Shown: positions 48,243-61,250, numbered from the stretch's first letter. The stretch is DNA of 64,000 nt from Malacoraja senta (GCA_038087875.1 CM075992.1:9054001-9118000), one strand, 5' to 3'. The notes: a model not told the origin generated them from the sequence alone. Translations and numbers: made by a program.

Positions 48243-50897
48243 GTGAGGTACCTCCTCCATGTTCTGGCCCAGTTCTGCAGTATCCCTGCCGAACATGATC
48301 CCAACACCACCTCTTATCTGCCTGCACATGATCCATATCCCTCCATTCCCTGCATGTCCTAAAGCCTCAAAAACACTACTAACGTATCTACTGCCAGGCA
48401 CTCGCCACCCTCTGTGTAAAAATAAAACAAAAAAACCAATTTATCCCTCTGGTCAATGAGAGCTCCTGTTTCCCACAAAGCCACTCCTCCTTCAAAAAAG
48501 ACCCAACGACTGTATTTAGATGTTGTATTATCGGATTTGCAGCAGAGCATTCAATACAAAGCTTTTCACTGAAACTCAGTACATGTAACGATAATCAGCC
48601 CAAGCCTATTCACTGGATGTGGAATTGGGAAACTTCCCCAATAGGGATCATTGAATTGAATGGGGAAAGGCAGGAACTCGGTTTCTTGATTAGTACGGGT
48701 GTCAGAAGGACAGGAGAATGGGGTTGAGAGGGAGAGATAGATCAGCCACGATTGAATGGCGGAGTAGACTTGATGGGGCATAATGGCCTAATTCTTCTCC
48801 TAGATCTTATGAACTTTAAATACATGTAAATACAACCAGACAGGGAGTGGGCCACACCAGCCCTTTGTGCAGTTCCCCATCCACGTCCCAGCCCATTTTC
48901 CTGCCCTATCCCAGATTCTCCGAATCCCTTAATGTTCACACTAATACAGGAGGAACTCTGGATAAACATGGATTTCTCCACGCATCATATGGCCCGCTGA
49001 CGCGCATCCACCAAAGTCAATGACCAACTGAGGATGTTTAACAAAGCCTGTGTGTTCTGTGATACAGAGGGGTGATGGCCATAAGCAGGAGCATCATTGC
49101 TGCAGCGGGTGGTGCTGCTGTTCCACCGCTCTAATGATCCTGACCCTCAGTCCTGTCTTGTGTGGGGTTCTCTCGTTCGTGTGTGACTATGTGGGTTCAA
49201 ATCTTGTTCCCCAGTCTTCCCTAGTGTACACTGAGAGGTTAGAGGGCGGTGGAGGCAGGTTCCCGGATGCTTTCAAGAGAGAGCTAGATAGGGCTCTTAA
49301 AAATAGCGGAGTCAGGGGATATGGGGAGAAGGCAGGAACGGGTACTGATTGGGGATGATCAGTCAGCCATGATCACATTGAATGGCGCTGCTGGCTCGAA
49401 GGGCCGAATGGCCTACTCCTGCACCTATTGTCTATTGTCTATTGTTAACTGGTGACTGTAATCTGCCATAGTATAGGTGGGTGAGATGTGGGCACGGGAG
49501 AGAGAGAGAATAGACTGGAGGGAATGGGATTGATTGGAAGTGCCCGAGAGATGGCATCACCTGGATGGGCAGAATGGCAGACTCCAATGTTGTGGCTTGT
49601 AAATGACTACACACACTCTTTAATGTGCTGGCAAGTCACTCATTTGTACCATTACTGCTGCATTGAAAGCAGATGATCCATAGTAGTTTGTGCTGAGCTT
49701 GCTGCTTCTTGCCTTGATTGTGGATTCATCCAGTCATCTAGCTGTTTTCCCAACTGGACAATTGACTTTCCTGCTGCCATCTTTGGAGTGATGGTCATCA
49801 TGCCCAACCTCCCCTCCCTGGACTGTCACCAAGTCTTTCGGCCGTGTCCTGACTGTTTCTTGTATGTCGAGTGGTACTCTTGTGTTCTTTTGAGTGTAGA
49901 GATACAGCATGGAAACGAGCCCTTTGGCCCTTCAAGTCTGGACCAACCATCCACCAGCCGTTCACGCTAGTTCTGTTATCCCACTTTCCCATCCGCTGCC
50001 TACACACCAGGGGCAATTTACAGAGGGCCTGTAGCGGCACCTAGTGGTGGGGCTGGGAAGTCGGAACCCTCGTCGTTGGTCGGCACTGTCATGTGTCTGC
50101 GGAGGTTCGATTGCGGGCTTTTAGTTAGTTATCAGCGCTCCTCCCATCGACAGGCCAATTAACCTACAAACTCACACTCCCGCTGTTGGAGTAACTGCTT
50201 CCAACGTCTTAGCGATGTGGAAGGAATCCGGAGCACCCGGAGGAAACCCACAGTCACAGGAGGAACGTGCAAACTCCACACAAGGTCGGGATTGAACCCG
50301 GGTCTCTGGCGCTGTGAGGCAGCAGTTCTATCAGCTGTCTCACTGTGCCGCCCCCCTGGTTTGAATTTGTCCTTCACTCTTAATATCTAGTATTCTGTAC
50401 CTCGAGCTACGTTTAAGTGAAGAACAAGGAACATCTGCAGTTCCTTGTTTCTACGAGAAGAACAGGCTTTCGTTAATCATTCCCAAATGCTTTATTTACC
50501 AGTGTGAGGTCTAGCTGGTGCAGTTTAAAGTAATTCCGATTTATCAACTCTCTCTGTCTCTCCCTTTCGGTGAGCATCATGCATCCACTATGTACTCGCT
50601 GTGCAGCAGTTAGTTGAGATTTTATTTGCATTTATTTAAACAAGCTTTTGAAATGAGCAGCACTTTTCCCCACAAGGTATTATGCGATCAATAACCCCAC
50701 CATTAGTCAAGGATAAGGTGTGGACATGTGTCGGAGTCAGTGGGTTGGAGGAAAGAATAGACTATAGGTGCAGGAGTAGGCCATTCGGCCCTTCGAGCCA
50801 GCACTGCCATTCACTGTGGCTGATCATCCAAAATCAGTACCCCGTTCCTGCCTTCTCCCCATATCCCGACTCCGCTATCTTTAAGAGCTCTATCTAA

Positions 50898-51130
50898 AGG
50901 GCCTGTCCCACTTACGCGACCTTTACAGGCGACTGCTGGCACCTGTGATAGGTCGCCAAAACTTTCAACATGTTGAAATTTCAGCGGCGACCAGAAAGAC
51001 GCTACGATTCTTTGGAGACCTCACACGACCATACAGGCAGTCTGGTCGTGAGAGGTCTCCTATGGCCGTGAGAGGTCACCCGCGACATGTCGCCAGGGGT
51101 TGCCTGTATGTCATAAGTGAGACAGGCCCT
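50898..51130. mobile_element. PIF/Harbinger-like MITE inserted in a CR1 fragment
   Basis: TAA|AGGGCCTGTCCCACTTA ... TAAGTGAGACAGGCCCT|TAA; removing it restores the CR1 sequence ctctatctaactctctc. Confidence 0.8.
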
Positions 51131-51426
51131 TAACTCTCTCTTGAAAGCATCCAGCGAATTGGCTTCCACTGCCTTCTGAGGCAGAGGATTCCAGACTCAC
51201 AACTCTCTGTGTGAAAGTGTTTCCTCATCTCCATTCTAAATGGCTTACCCCTTATTCTTAAACTGTGGCCCCTGGTTCTGGACTCCCCCAACATGTTTCC
51301 TGCTCTAGCGTGTCCACATCCTTAATAACCTTGTATATTTATCAGAAGCACAGGAGAGCAACATTGTCGAGATGGCTGCATCGTATTTAAAGCTAACATT
51401 GTCTCCTTTACTTTTTCATTCCTCAG

Positions 51427-51500
51427 GGACTCATGATATCCACGCACTGATTCTTGGAAAAGCGATCACAGGCCTGCAGTCTTTCACAGTAGAGAAATAA
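51427..51500 (+). CDS. GCDH: GCDH coding exon 11 (last)
   Basis: [24 protein letters not shown]; 74 nt including TAA. Confidence 0.97.
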
Positions 51501-52137
51501 TCCCACGTTCGGAGAAGTGGCAATTTGTCAGTTTGTTTCTGGATTCATGACCCTGGTTAAGATGGGCTGGCATCTGTCGCCTGTCCAAACACTAATCTGC
51601 TGCACGACCTTGAAGCCCATAGAGCTAGTTTGGGAGTCAGCATTTAATACTACGCTCCTGCTCCTTCACCTCTAACCTCACAGTTTTCTCTCCAACTATT
51701 TATTCGTCTGATTTTTAAAAGTTTCTATTGAAAATATTTCCATCCTGCTTTTCCACTTCATGTTTAGCTTTGTTTTCTAAGCCAGTCTCATCTCCGCCAA
51801 TTTATTTAAAAATCTAACATGGTAGCATTTCTCGGCAGTTGTCAGATGGGCTGTGGTGCTTCTGTTGCTGATGCTTTTCACAACTGCTCTTCCCTAGAAT
51901 CAAACTTTCTTTCAAACTTAAAGATTGAAAGCAGCAAGAATTTGAATTCGCCTGCTTTTGAGCCCATAATTTGGTAGGAAATATCGTTTGCAGTGAACAC
52001 CAATTAGCACTTTTTTTTTTTTAAAGCTTCTACATTCTAGATTTCAGTTGTTTAAAAATCCTTTCATCATGCCTTCAGTCCTGAACCCTAATTTAAACTT
52101 GCGTGTCTCCTGAATTTGTTCATGAATTTGATATCAA

Positions 52138-52143
52138 ATTAAA
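52138..52143 (+). terminator. GCDH: Candidate GCDH polyadenylation signal ATTAAA
   Basis: ATTAAA hexamer about 640 nt after the stop, followed by U-rich sequence. Alternative AATAAA sites at 54723 and 54832. Confidence 0.35.
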
Positions 52144-52718
52144 AATTTCCCAGAAAATGTGATTTTTATTTCACTCTTCTGAGTAAGGCTTTGCACTATA
52201 TAAGCCAGCTGCTTAAATCGTCATTATAAGCCACTTGAACTGTGCCTTCGCTTTTTAAATATATCTACCTTGTTGTTCTCGTACACAAGTACTAAATTAT
52301 ATAGACACAAGGAACTGCAGATGCTGGTTTACATTTTAAAAATCACACGGTATTGGAGCAACTCAGCAGCTCAGGCACCTCTGGAGAACATGGTTAGGCC
52401 ACATCCAGTGAATGTTTTGGTTCAGATGGAAGGGTCCCAAACTGAAATGTCTGCCTATCCATGTCTTCCAGAGATGCTGCCTGACTCACTGATTTACTCC
52501 AGCACGTTGTGTCTTCTAAATTGTGTTGTACCCTCTGACAGCAATGGACATCTTTGTAGCTCGCTGGGGAAGCTATCATTTTTATTATATGGCAGCAGAC
52601 TTTTTAGATTGTATTGTGATTACCACTTTGCAATCTAAAGAACAAATTCTGATGTCCCAGATAACAAACCTAGATTGGTGGGCCTAATTGCAGGAAATAG
52701 TTGCCAATGTACATTAGA

Positions 52719-53176
52719 TCTACATCGGTGAGACCAAGCGGAGGCTTGGCGATCGTTTCGCCGAACACCTCCGGTCGGTCGGCAATAACCAACCTGACCT
52801 CTCAACTCCAACTCCCCTTCCCATTCCGTATCTGACCTCTCTGTCCTGGGTCTCCTCCATGGCCACAGCGAGCAACACCGTAAATTGGAGGAAATGCACC
52901 TCATATTCCGCTTGGGCAGTCTACATCCTGGGGGCTTGAACATTGAATTCTCCCAATTCTGCTAGCCCTTGCTGTCCCCTCCCCTTCATCAGCCATCTGG
53001 TTGTCTCCTCCCCTCCCCCAGCCCTCGGGCTCCTCCTCCGCCTTTTTCCTTTTTTCCTTTCTTCTCCCCACCCCCTATCAGTCTGAAGAAGGGTTTCGGC
53101 CCGAAACGTTACCTATTTCCTTCGCTCCATAGATGCTGCTGCATCCGCTGAGTTTCTCCAGCATTTTTGTGTACCT
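52719..53176 (+). mobile_element. Penelope-like element 3' fragment: GIY-YIG C-terminus, 3' UTR and hammerhead motif
   Basis: [20 protein letters not shown]...LEEMHLIFRLGSLHPGGLNIEFSQFC*, then CTGAAGAAGGGTTTCGGCCCGAAACGTT at 53083-53110; tacatta direct repeat on both sides. Confidence 0.8.
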
Positions 53177-54152
53177 TACATTAAATTACTGATTTGGAGA
53201 GCTTCGGAGATGGTGCAGAATGGAGGAAATTGCATTAATCCTTCCTCCTCCTCCAACCCCCAAATCCCTTCAACATGAATTACTTTTGTTTGGAATTAAA
53301 TTTGAAGATGTTCTTGTTAACCCAGATTGATTCACTATTGGAATGTGGAAGGGCAGGTTTTTTTCCTGGGTGTGGATGCAGCTGCCAGATCCATTCTATT
53401 GGCACAAGGAACTGCAGATACTGGTTCACAAAACCCCCCCACATGAAATGCTGAAGTAACTCAGCAGGTCAGGCCACATTTCTGGAGAACGTGAATAGGT
53501 GACATTTCAGTTCAGGGCTCCTCTTCAGTCTGAAGATGGGTCCTGACCTGAAACGTCACCATGATCATTATATGTTGTCTATCAATAACTGTCCTTGATG
53601 ATAGTGGCGAGCAACCTTCTTAAAATGCTTCCGTCTATCTGGTGAAGGTGCAGCCACAATGCTGTTGTGCAAGAAGCTCTGGAATTTACCTCAGTTCCCA
53701 TCCTTTACAAAGTTGTTAAGTCACTCTTGTTAAATGACTGTCTCAAAATGTTAGACAGACCAAGACTGCCCTGTGGAATAATGGTAGTTTTTGACTTGGA
53801 GATTGCGAAACATGACACGGGGTGTTTTGTTATAGACGCCCCCAGCTGATCAAAGTGACCTGCACACAGAATGCTTATGAATAGACTGCCTTACCAACAA
53901 GACTCCTACCTTCTAGAGATTTGAGAATCTTGGCTCAATAACAATTTATTATAAGGTAAAGAAAACCTTAAGAATCTGAAGAAGGGTCTCGGCCCGAAAC
54001 GTCAGCCATTCCTTCTCTCCAGAGATGCTGCCTGTCCCGCTGAGTTACTCCAGCTTTTTGTGTCTGTCTTCAAAGAAAACCTTTCTCTGCGGTTATTCAC
54101 AAACCAATTAAGTTTATTCTTGCCAACCTGCTGTAAAGTCTTTCTGCCCTAA

Positions 54153-54458
54153 AGGGGCTGTCCCACTGTACGAGGTAATTCAAGAGTTCTCCCGAGAGTC
54201 CCCTGATTCGAACTCGGAGAATTACGGTAATAGCCGTTCGTAGGTACTCGGGGCTCTCGTGGACATTTTTCACAATGCTGAAAAAACGTCACGAGTTACC
54301 GCGTTTCCCGAGTACCTGCCGTTAGCATTACGAGCCGCTACGAGACATCCACGAGCTCCGACGTAGCCGCTACGTACATTCTACGTAATTACCACGAGTT
54401 TGATTTTTTTTAAACTCGGGAGAGCTCTTGAATTACCTCGTACAGTGGGACAGGCCCT
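54153..54458. mobile_element. PIF/Harbinger-like MITE
   Basis: TAA TSD; long TIRs AGGGGCTGTCCCACTGTACGAGGTAATTCAAGAG / CTCTTGAATTACCTCGTACAGTGGGACAGGCCCT. Confidence 0.85.
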
Positions 54459-54891
54459 TAAGACTTCCCTGCAAACTACTTCTTCCAACAAGCCACGCTG
54501 ACCCGTTTGTTCTTAAACCTTTTTCCTTCTGTGTAAAAATGCTTGCCTCCAACAGCCACTCCCATCCTTGGATTAAGTGTGCTCTAAACTGACTGAATGT
54601 ATAAAACTGCCCTGCAGCATGTTGAAGCTTGAGCTCCTGTTCAAGAAAAATGCTGACATCTTCCTTCCAACACGTTGATTGTAAAGTTAGCATTGTTTTC
54701 AGAGCAACAAAAATACAAGCCGAATAAATATAGTGATAAAATGCGGATTGACTTGTGACTTTGAAGAAAATGTTCTTTTGTAAATCCTGCGCACATAATA
54801 GATTTGGGCACAATTTTAAAGATTTATGAATAATAAAGATTTATTTCGTAAAAATGTTGTGTTCACTGAGCTACAATGGTCTAATGTTTAA

Positions 54892-55221
54892 AAGCCCTGT
54901 CCCACGGTACGAGTTCATTCCAAGAGCTCTCCCGAGTTTGCCCTGATTCGAACTGGGAGATTTACGGTAATGGCCACTCGTCGGTACTCGGGGCTCTCGT
55001 GGACATTTTTCAAAATGTTGAAAACTCTTCACTAGTCTTCCCGTGCTTACCTGCCGTTAGCGAGTCTTCCCGAGTACCTGCCGTTAGCGTTACGAGCTGC
55101 TAAGAGACGTCCCCGAGCTCCGACGTACCCGCTACGTTCATTCTCCGTGCTTACCACGAGTTTGATTTTTTTTAAACTCGGGAGAGCTCTTGGAATGAAC
55201 TCGTACCGTGGGACAGGGCTT
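54892..55221. mobile_element. PIF/Harbinger-like MITE (sister subfamily)
   Basis: Perfect TIRs of over 40 bp (AAGCCCTGTCCCACGGTACGAGTTCATTCCAAGAGCTCTCCCGAGTTT); TWA flanks. Confidence 0.85.
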
Positions 55222-55587
55222 TTAGAAGGAATTGCAGATGCTGGAAAGATCGAAGGTAGATAAAAATGCTGGAGAAACTCAGCGGGTGAGGCAGCAATCT
55301 ATGGAGCGAAGGAATAGGTGACATTTTGGGTCGAGACGGTCTCGACCCGAAACGTCACCTATTCCTTCGCTCCATAGATTGCTGCCTCACCCGCTGAGTT
55401 TCTCCAGCATTTTTATCTACCCACAATGGTCTAATGAATGTTTTCATCCACCATGCCTTCCATGCTCTTTCTCCTATTAATTTGTCAATTTATTAATCAT
55501 CATTTTTGCCCTGAAATTAATATATTGCACTACATAACCTTGAATTCAAAAACTCGGTGTGGGACCTATCCCCATGCAAGCAGGAGA

Positions 55588-55663
55588 CCTGCCTACTGCC
55601 AGGACACCTACCTACTGCCAGGACACCTGCCTACTGCCAGGACACCTGCCTACTGCTAGGACA
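55588..55663. repeat. Minisatellite, 4 x 19 bp (CCTGCCTACTGCCAGGACA)
   Basis: Seen directly. Confidence 0.85.
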
Positions 55664-56516
55664 GGTCAGAGATCCATGTGGACAGTAAGATCAGGGTCCA
55701 AATTGCTTCTCTGAGCTGCCTGCATTTGGAGAGCATGGATAACTGAAATTAGGAAACTTGGATCAACAGGAAAATCTGGGGAGCTTTTCCTTGAATCAGG
55801 AAGATGAGAAGGGATCTACATTGATAGGACAGGTTTGGAGGGATATGGACCAAATGCAGGCAGGTGGGACTGGTGTAGCTGGGACATGTTGGCCAGTGGG
55901 CAAGTTGGGCCGAAGGGCCTGTTCCCACAGTGTATCACTCTATGAATCTGATATGTATTTAAGCTATCGGACATTTGTCCCATTGGTGGAAGGATCAACA
56001 ATCAGAATGATCAAAATGAAGGTGGTTGCTGTAAAAAGTGACATGATGAAAGCTCTCTATGCAGCAACTAGTTAGAATCCAGAATACACCGCTCCATGTG
56101 GTAGAGAAAGCAGATTTAATTGTCATTAAGGATATCATTAAGCTGGAAGGAGTGCAGAGTAGATTTATGAGGATATTGCCGGGACGAGGGTCTAAGCTAT
56201 AGGGAAAGGTTGGGCAAGCTGGGGTTAATTCTTCGGAGCGCAGGAGGCCAAGGAGGTGATTTTTATGGTGGCGTATAAAATCATGAGGGAATAGACAGGG
56301 TGAATGCACCGGGGGGGGGCGGGGGTGCAGGGCATTAGGAAGAGTGTAAGTGGCATCAATTTGCCAGCATGAATTTGATAAATCAAATGACCTTTTTCCG
56401 AGCTGTAATTTTTCAATGATTCTGTTTGGGGATTGCTGTCATGGATAAAGCTGACAAGAGAACTGAACTCCATGGCATTCAACCAGGAAAATCGTGATAC
56501 AAGGTACAAACAGCAT

Positions 56517-57043
56517 TAGAAACATAGACAATAGGTGCAGGAGGAGGCCATTCGGCCCTTCGAGCCAGCACCACCATTCATTGTGATCATGGCTGATCAT
56601 CCCCAATCAATAACCCGTGCCTGCCTTCTCCCCATATCCCTTGATTCCACTAGCCCCCAGAGCTCTATCTAACTCTCTTAAATCCATCCAGTGATTTGGC
56701 CTCCACTGCCCTCTGTGGCAGGGAATTACACAAATTCACAACTCTCTGGGTGAAAACGTTTTTTCTCACCTCAGTCTTAAATGGCCTCCCCTTTATTCTA
56801 AGACTCTGGCCCCTGGTTCTGGACTCGCCCAACATTGGGAACATTTTTCCTGCATCTAGCTTGTCCAGTCCTTTTTATAATTGTATATGTTTCTATAAGA
56901 TCTCCCCTCATCCTTCTAAACTCCAGTGAATACAACCCTAGTCTTTTCAATCTTTCCTCATATGACAGTCCCGCCATCCCAGGGATCAATCTTTTGAACC
57001 TACGCTGCACTGCCTCAATCACAAGGATGTCCTTCCTCAAATT
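56517..57043 (-). mobile_element. CR1-clade LINE 3' fragment
   Basis: LRKDILVIEAVQRRFKRLIPGMAGLSYEERLKRLGLYSLEFRRMRGDLIETY. Confidence 0.85.
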
Positions 57044-57244
57044 ACACTGTAAAGCACTACCACAGACTTATGCAAAAGTTTACCTGTTAAACAAATAGCA
57101 CATGTGAAAGGGGAACATTCTGCAGTTAAGGTTGATTCTGATTTTCTGAACATGACACTTCCCACTTTAACTATTTTGCACTGTAAATATTGGTCGGATT
57201 TGTGTAATAGTTTACACTTTTTGCAGGAACGAGGAGGATATGCC

Positions 57245-57988
57245 GATTAGGAAAAGGGGAGATGCAACGAGACCTGGGTGTCATGGTACACCAGTCATTG
57301 AAAGTAGGAATGCAGGTGCAGCAGGCAGTGAAGAAAGCGAATGGTATGTTAGCATTCATAGCAAAAGGATTTGAGTATAAGAGCAGGGAGGTTCTACTGC
57401 AGTTGTACAGGGTCTTGGTGAGACCACACCTGGAGTATTGCGTACAGTTTTGGTCTCCTAATCTGAGGAAAGACATTCTTGCCATAGAGGGAGTACAGAG
57501 AAGGTTCACCAGACTGATTCCTGGGATGGCAGGACTTTCATATGAGGAAAGACTGGATAGACTCGGCTTGTACTCGTTGGAATTCAGAAGACTGAGGGGG
57601 GATCTTATAGAAACTTACAAAATTCTTAAGGGGTTGGACAGGCTAGATGCAGGAAGATTATTCCCGATGTTGGGGAAGTCCAGAACTAGATGTCACAGTT
57701 TAAGGATAAGAGGGAAGACTTTTAGGACCGAGATGAGGAAATCATTTTTTACACAGAGAGTGGTGAATATGTGGAATTCTCTGCCACAGAAGGTAGTTGA
57801 GGCCAGTTCATTGGCTATATTTAAGAGGGAGTTAGATGTGGCCCTTGTGGCTAAAGGGATCAGGGGGTAAGGAGAGAAGGCAGGGATGGGATACTGAGTT
57901 GGATGATCAGCCATGATCATATCAAATGGCGGTGCAGGCTCGAAGGGCCGAATGGCCTACTCCTGCACCTATTTTCTATGTTTCTATA
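57245..57988 (+). mobile_element. CR1-clade LINE 3' fragment (longest, 202-aa open frame)
   Basis: RDLGVMVHQSLKVGMQVQQAVKKANGMLAFI...LVRPHLEYCVQFWSP...WNSLPQKVVEA. Confidence 0.9.
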
Positions 57989-58869
57989 TACCAAGGCTCA
58001 GGGTCTTAAATTCTACCCAGATGCAAACAATGAATAAGGGTGCAGCTTTTGGATGTGTAGGAAGGAACTGCAGATGTTGGTTTAAACCGAAGATAGACAC
58101 AAAATGCTGGAGTAACTCAGCGGGACAGGCAGCATCTCTGGAGAGAAGGAACGGGTGACGTTTCGAGTCGAGACTCTTCTTTGTGCAGCTTTTGGATATC
58201 AGGTAGAGTTAATGTGTTCACTTTTTGTTGAATGTGCTCCTGCAGTCAGCTGAGTGTCATGTGCGGCCAAATTAATTTAAATTTACTAAGCCGAGACGTA
58301 GCCAGAATTAATGTGCAGAGTAAATTATTACAGAAAATTGTATATTTTACGAAGATTAGACAGAATAGTGGTGGAAGAGGTTTGCGTGGAGCTTAACAGA
58401 GGCAATGATCATTGGAAGGTGGCCTATTTCTGAGCAATATTCTATGTTAAATAACCATACTGTTTCTGTATTATCCAACCATTGCCACTGGATGATGCGA
58501 GCAACAGGTTTACTGACGAAACCATGCGTGAATTTACATTACAACGTGACAATAAATCTGTCACACAGCTTACAATTGTCATGCTGTCAAATGCACAGCT
58601 GAACTGCTGGAGGACGCAGAATGATCAACTGATAATCTCATCACTTTTCTCATCCGGATCTCACCCTCTTTTCCCCTCGGGCAAGAGGTACAGAAGTGTG
58701 AAAGCGCACATCTCCAGATTCGGGGACAGTTTCCACCAGCTGTTATCAGGCAACTGAATCACCCTATTAACAGCTAGAGACCCTCGGACTATCTTTAATT
58801 GGACTTTACCTTGCACTAAACATTATTCCCTAATATCCAGTATCTGTACACTGCGGATGGCTCGATTGC

Positions 58870-59415
58870 TTTGCCACCCCCTCTCCTCATTGGAACATGA
58901 CGTTCCTGAACTTTGATCAAATGGCCTTTAAACAACTCCCACGTCAGATGTAAACTTACCCAATAACAACGGCTCCCAGTGCAAGGGGCCCTATAGTAAA
59001 TCCCATTAGCGAGTGTTGAGTTCTACGCATGTGGCCTCAACAGACATTCTCTCCAGTATATCCACTTGGAGTGCTGCTGTGACAGACACCCTAGTTAGCA
59101 ATGCAACTTCTCCACTTATTTCCCCCCCTCTATCACGGCTGAAACATCGATACTCTGGAACATTGAGCTGCCAGTCCTGTCCCTCTCGCAAGTACGTTTC
59201 CACAATGTCCTGCCTCTAAATTCATCTGCTTTCTCCACAATAGTTGCATTGAAGTAAATACACTTCAACCCATCAGCCTCACCATGTTCCTTCACCTCTC
59301 CCTGGCTATCCTTCCTTTGAGGCTTACTGGTCCTAACCTCTTCCTTTCCATCGCTCCTTCCAATTTCGGTTCCCAGCTGCACCAACCTTTCTAGTTTAGA
59401 CCCTCCTTGGTAGCA
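58870..59415 (-). mobile_element. Degenerate CR1 ORF2 N-terminal (APE endonuclease) fragment
   Basis: LKCIYFNA...KADE...ETYLREGQDWQLNVPEYRCFSRDRGG...VALL. Confidence 0.7.
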
Positions 59416-59745
59416 CTGATCTTTAGAACAGTTGATTACAAACCACTATCAAAGCTCTCAGGAGTATCTCATGAAAATCAGTTATTTAGAGCATCCATAT
59501 TTCTTCCCTTCAATGATCCAAGTTAAGATCCTCATTACAGAATTCACTATTTTCTCAGCAAGAAAGAGTAAATACAGAGGCTGATGTGTGTGAATATCCA
59601 TCCACCTGTCCATTGCAGAATTAAGGCATTAATGAATACTCTTACCGTCATGAACTTTTTAAGTTAAATACACACCAGAATTTACATTAAAATGAGTTAT
59701 CTCCCATGTAATCCATGTTTATACCATAATGTGGGTGTTCTTTAG

Positions 59746-60787
59746 TAGGTATGTTACAAAACTTACCTTCAGTCGCGCTGTAATTCTGCCACTGGCCGTT
59801 TGCGCGATTATGGTGCCTTTAGGGGGGGGGCGGGGTTAAAACGCGGGTTTCTCCTCCCTTGTCCTGGGAATATTTTGTTGGAGTACAAGCCTTGGCTGAC
59901 AAAATCGTTCCTACCGGCGTTTTGTGAATTTTTTATTTTTATTAAATCGTCAATGTCAGCGCTACAGTAATTTTAAAAGCAGCTCCTGAAGCGTCAACGC
60001 CGATAACGGGGACGGATTTCACACACGGGACAGGTAAACGAAAGTGCTTTCTTTAAATGTATAAAAGTGCTTCTTAAGAAGCCTTTAATTCACATTTTGT
60101 CATGCGACACGGTGATTTTATTCCCCGAATTAACGGCAGTATTTTTCATGCCAATATGGGGTTAAATTCACCGCAAATCAACGTTCCAAAAGATCGCGTT
60201 CCAGGATCCTCACTCGCAAAAGAATGACTTTAAATCCCCATTACATTCAATTTAACAGTGTAATTAAACATTCATTGCCTTCCATTTTGGCTCTGTAAAA
60301 TTCATGAAATAATTAGATTAAATTTGAATTATTGTGATGTTATTTGGACACTTAGGCTATTTAAAAATGTTAATCTATTTCTTAAGAATTGGATAGATGT
60401 TAGATCTAGTAATTGAATTTTGTAATTATCTACAATTAGGTAACTAACTAATTATATGCTTTACTTTCATGTCTTCGAAGTAAGATTGTTTCATATTTGT
60501 TTCAGAATGCTTCAATCTATAATACCTGAAAATTTCTTTCAGTTATCATAATTTTTAAGAAAGTTATGGGCTTTTAACTGTCCTCGATCACAGCTTTTGT
60601 GTTAAGTCAATGGAAAAGCAATAGGGAACTAGATGCTAATTTCTGAGTATGATAATGGCCATAACTTTTTTAATACTGAAGATATGAAAGTGAATTAAGT
60701 GTCAAATTAAACTTCTTTTTATCCTTTATCTGATGGGATAAATTACAGACTTTATTTTTAAAATCTCAAAATTTTGTAACATTGCTA
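59746..60787. mobile_element. About 1-kb non-autonomous DNA transposon, superfamily unclear
   Basis: TIRs TAGGTATGTTACAAAA / TTTTGTAACATTGCTA (14/16), flanked by direct repeat tctttag. Confidence 0.6.
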
Positions 60788-60954
60788 TCTTTAGGGGAGT
60801 AAATAAATAATCTATACATTATTTGTGACTGGAAATGGGTAGTGCAGGAAGCCATTTTACTATGCACTATGCTAAAACAATACAACTGCCCCACCTTTGT
60901 TTTCTCTTTTTTAATATTGCAAACTCTAATCTGAAGCAATTTCCAAAGCTACAA

Positions 60955-60960
60955 TTTATT
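60955..60960 (-). terminator. SYCE2: Candidate SYCE2 polyadenylation signal AATAAA
   Basis: tttatt on the + strand, about 290 nt downstream of the stop codon. Confidence 0.45.
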
Positions 60961-61250
60961 TTACAAATGTTAGAAGAGGCAAACCTGCCAACACAATGTC
61001 CATCATATAAATTCATGTTGAGTATTAATTAAATATAGCTGTAAGATTGAGAAACTAGATCACAGAAGAGTGCACGTTCTTCCATTTTATGGTCCAAAGC
61101 AGAACTACTGGTTTGCAGAAAAAACTGTAAAGTCACAGCAAACCAAGTGGCCACAAAGGAATTTACTTACTACACCAAGCTCTTCAAAAAAAGGAGAAAA
61201 TACAAGATGAATACTGACTTTGCACAGCATCTTCTGCTGTAAGATATGAC

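Noticed and set aside
47870..48401. Antisense ORFs over GCDH exons 9-10
   Set aside because: Shadow frames of GC3-rich coding sequence.
57262..57870. 202-aa ORF as a host gene
   Set aside because: C-terminal part of CR1 ORF2, present in many truncated copies in the window.
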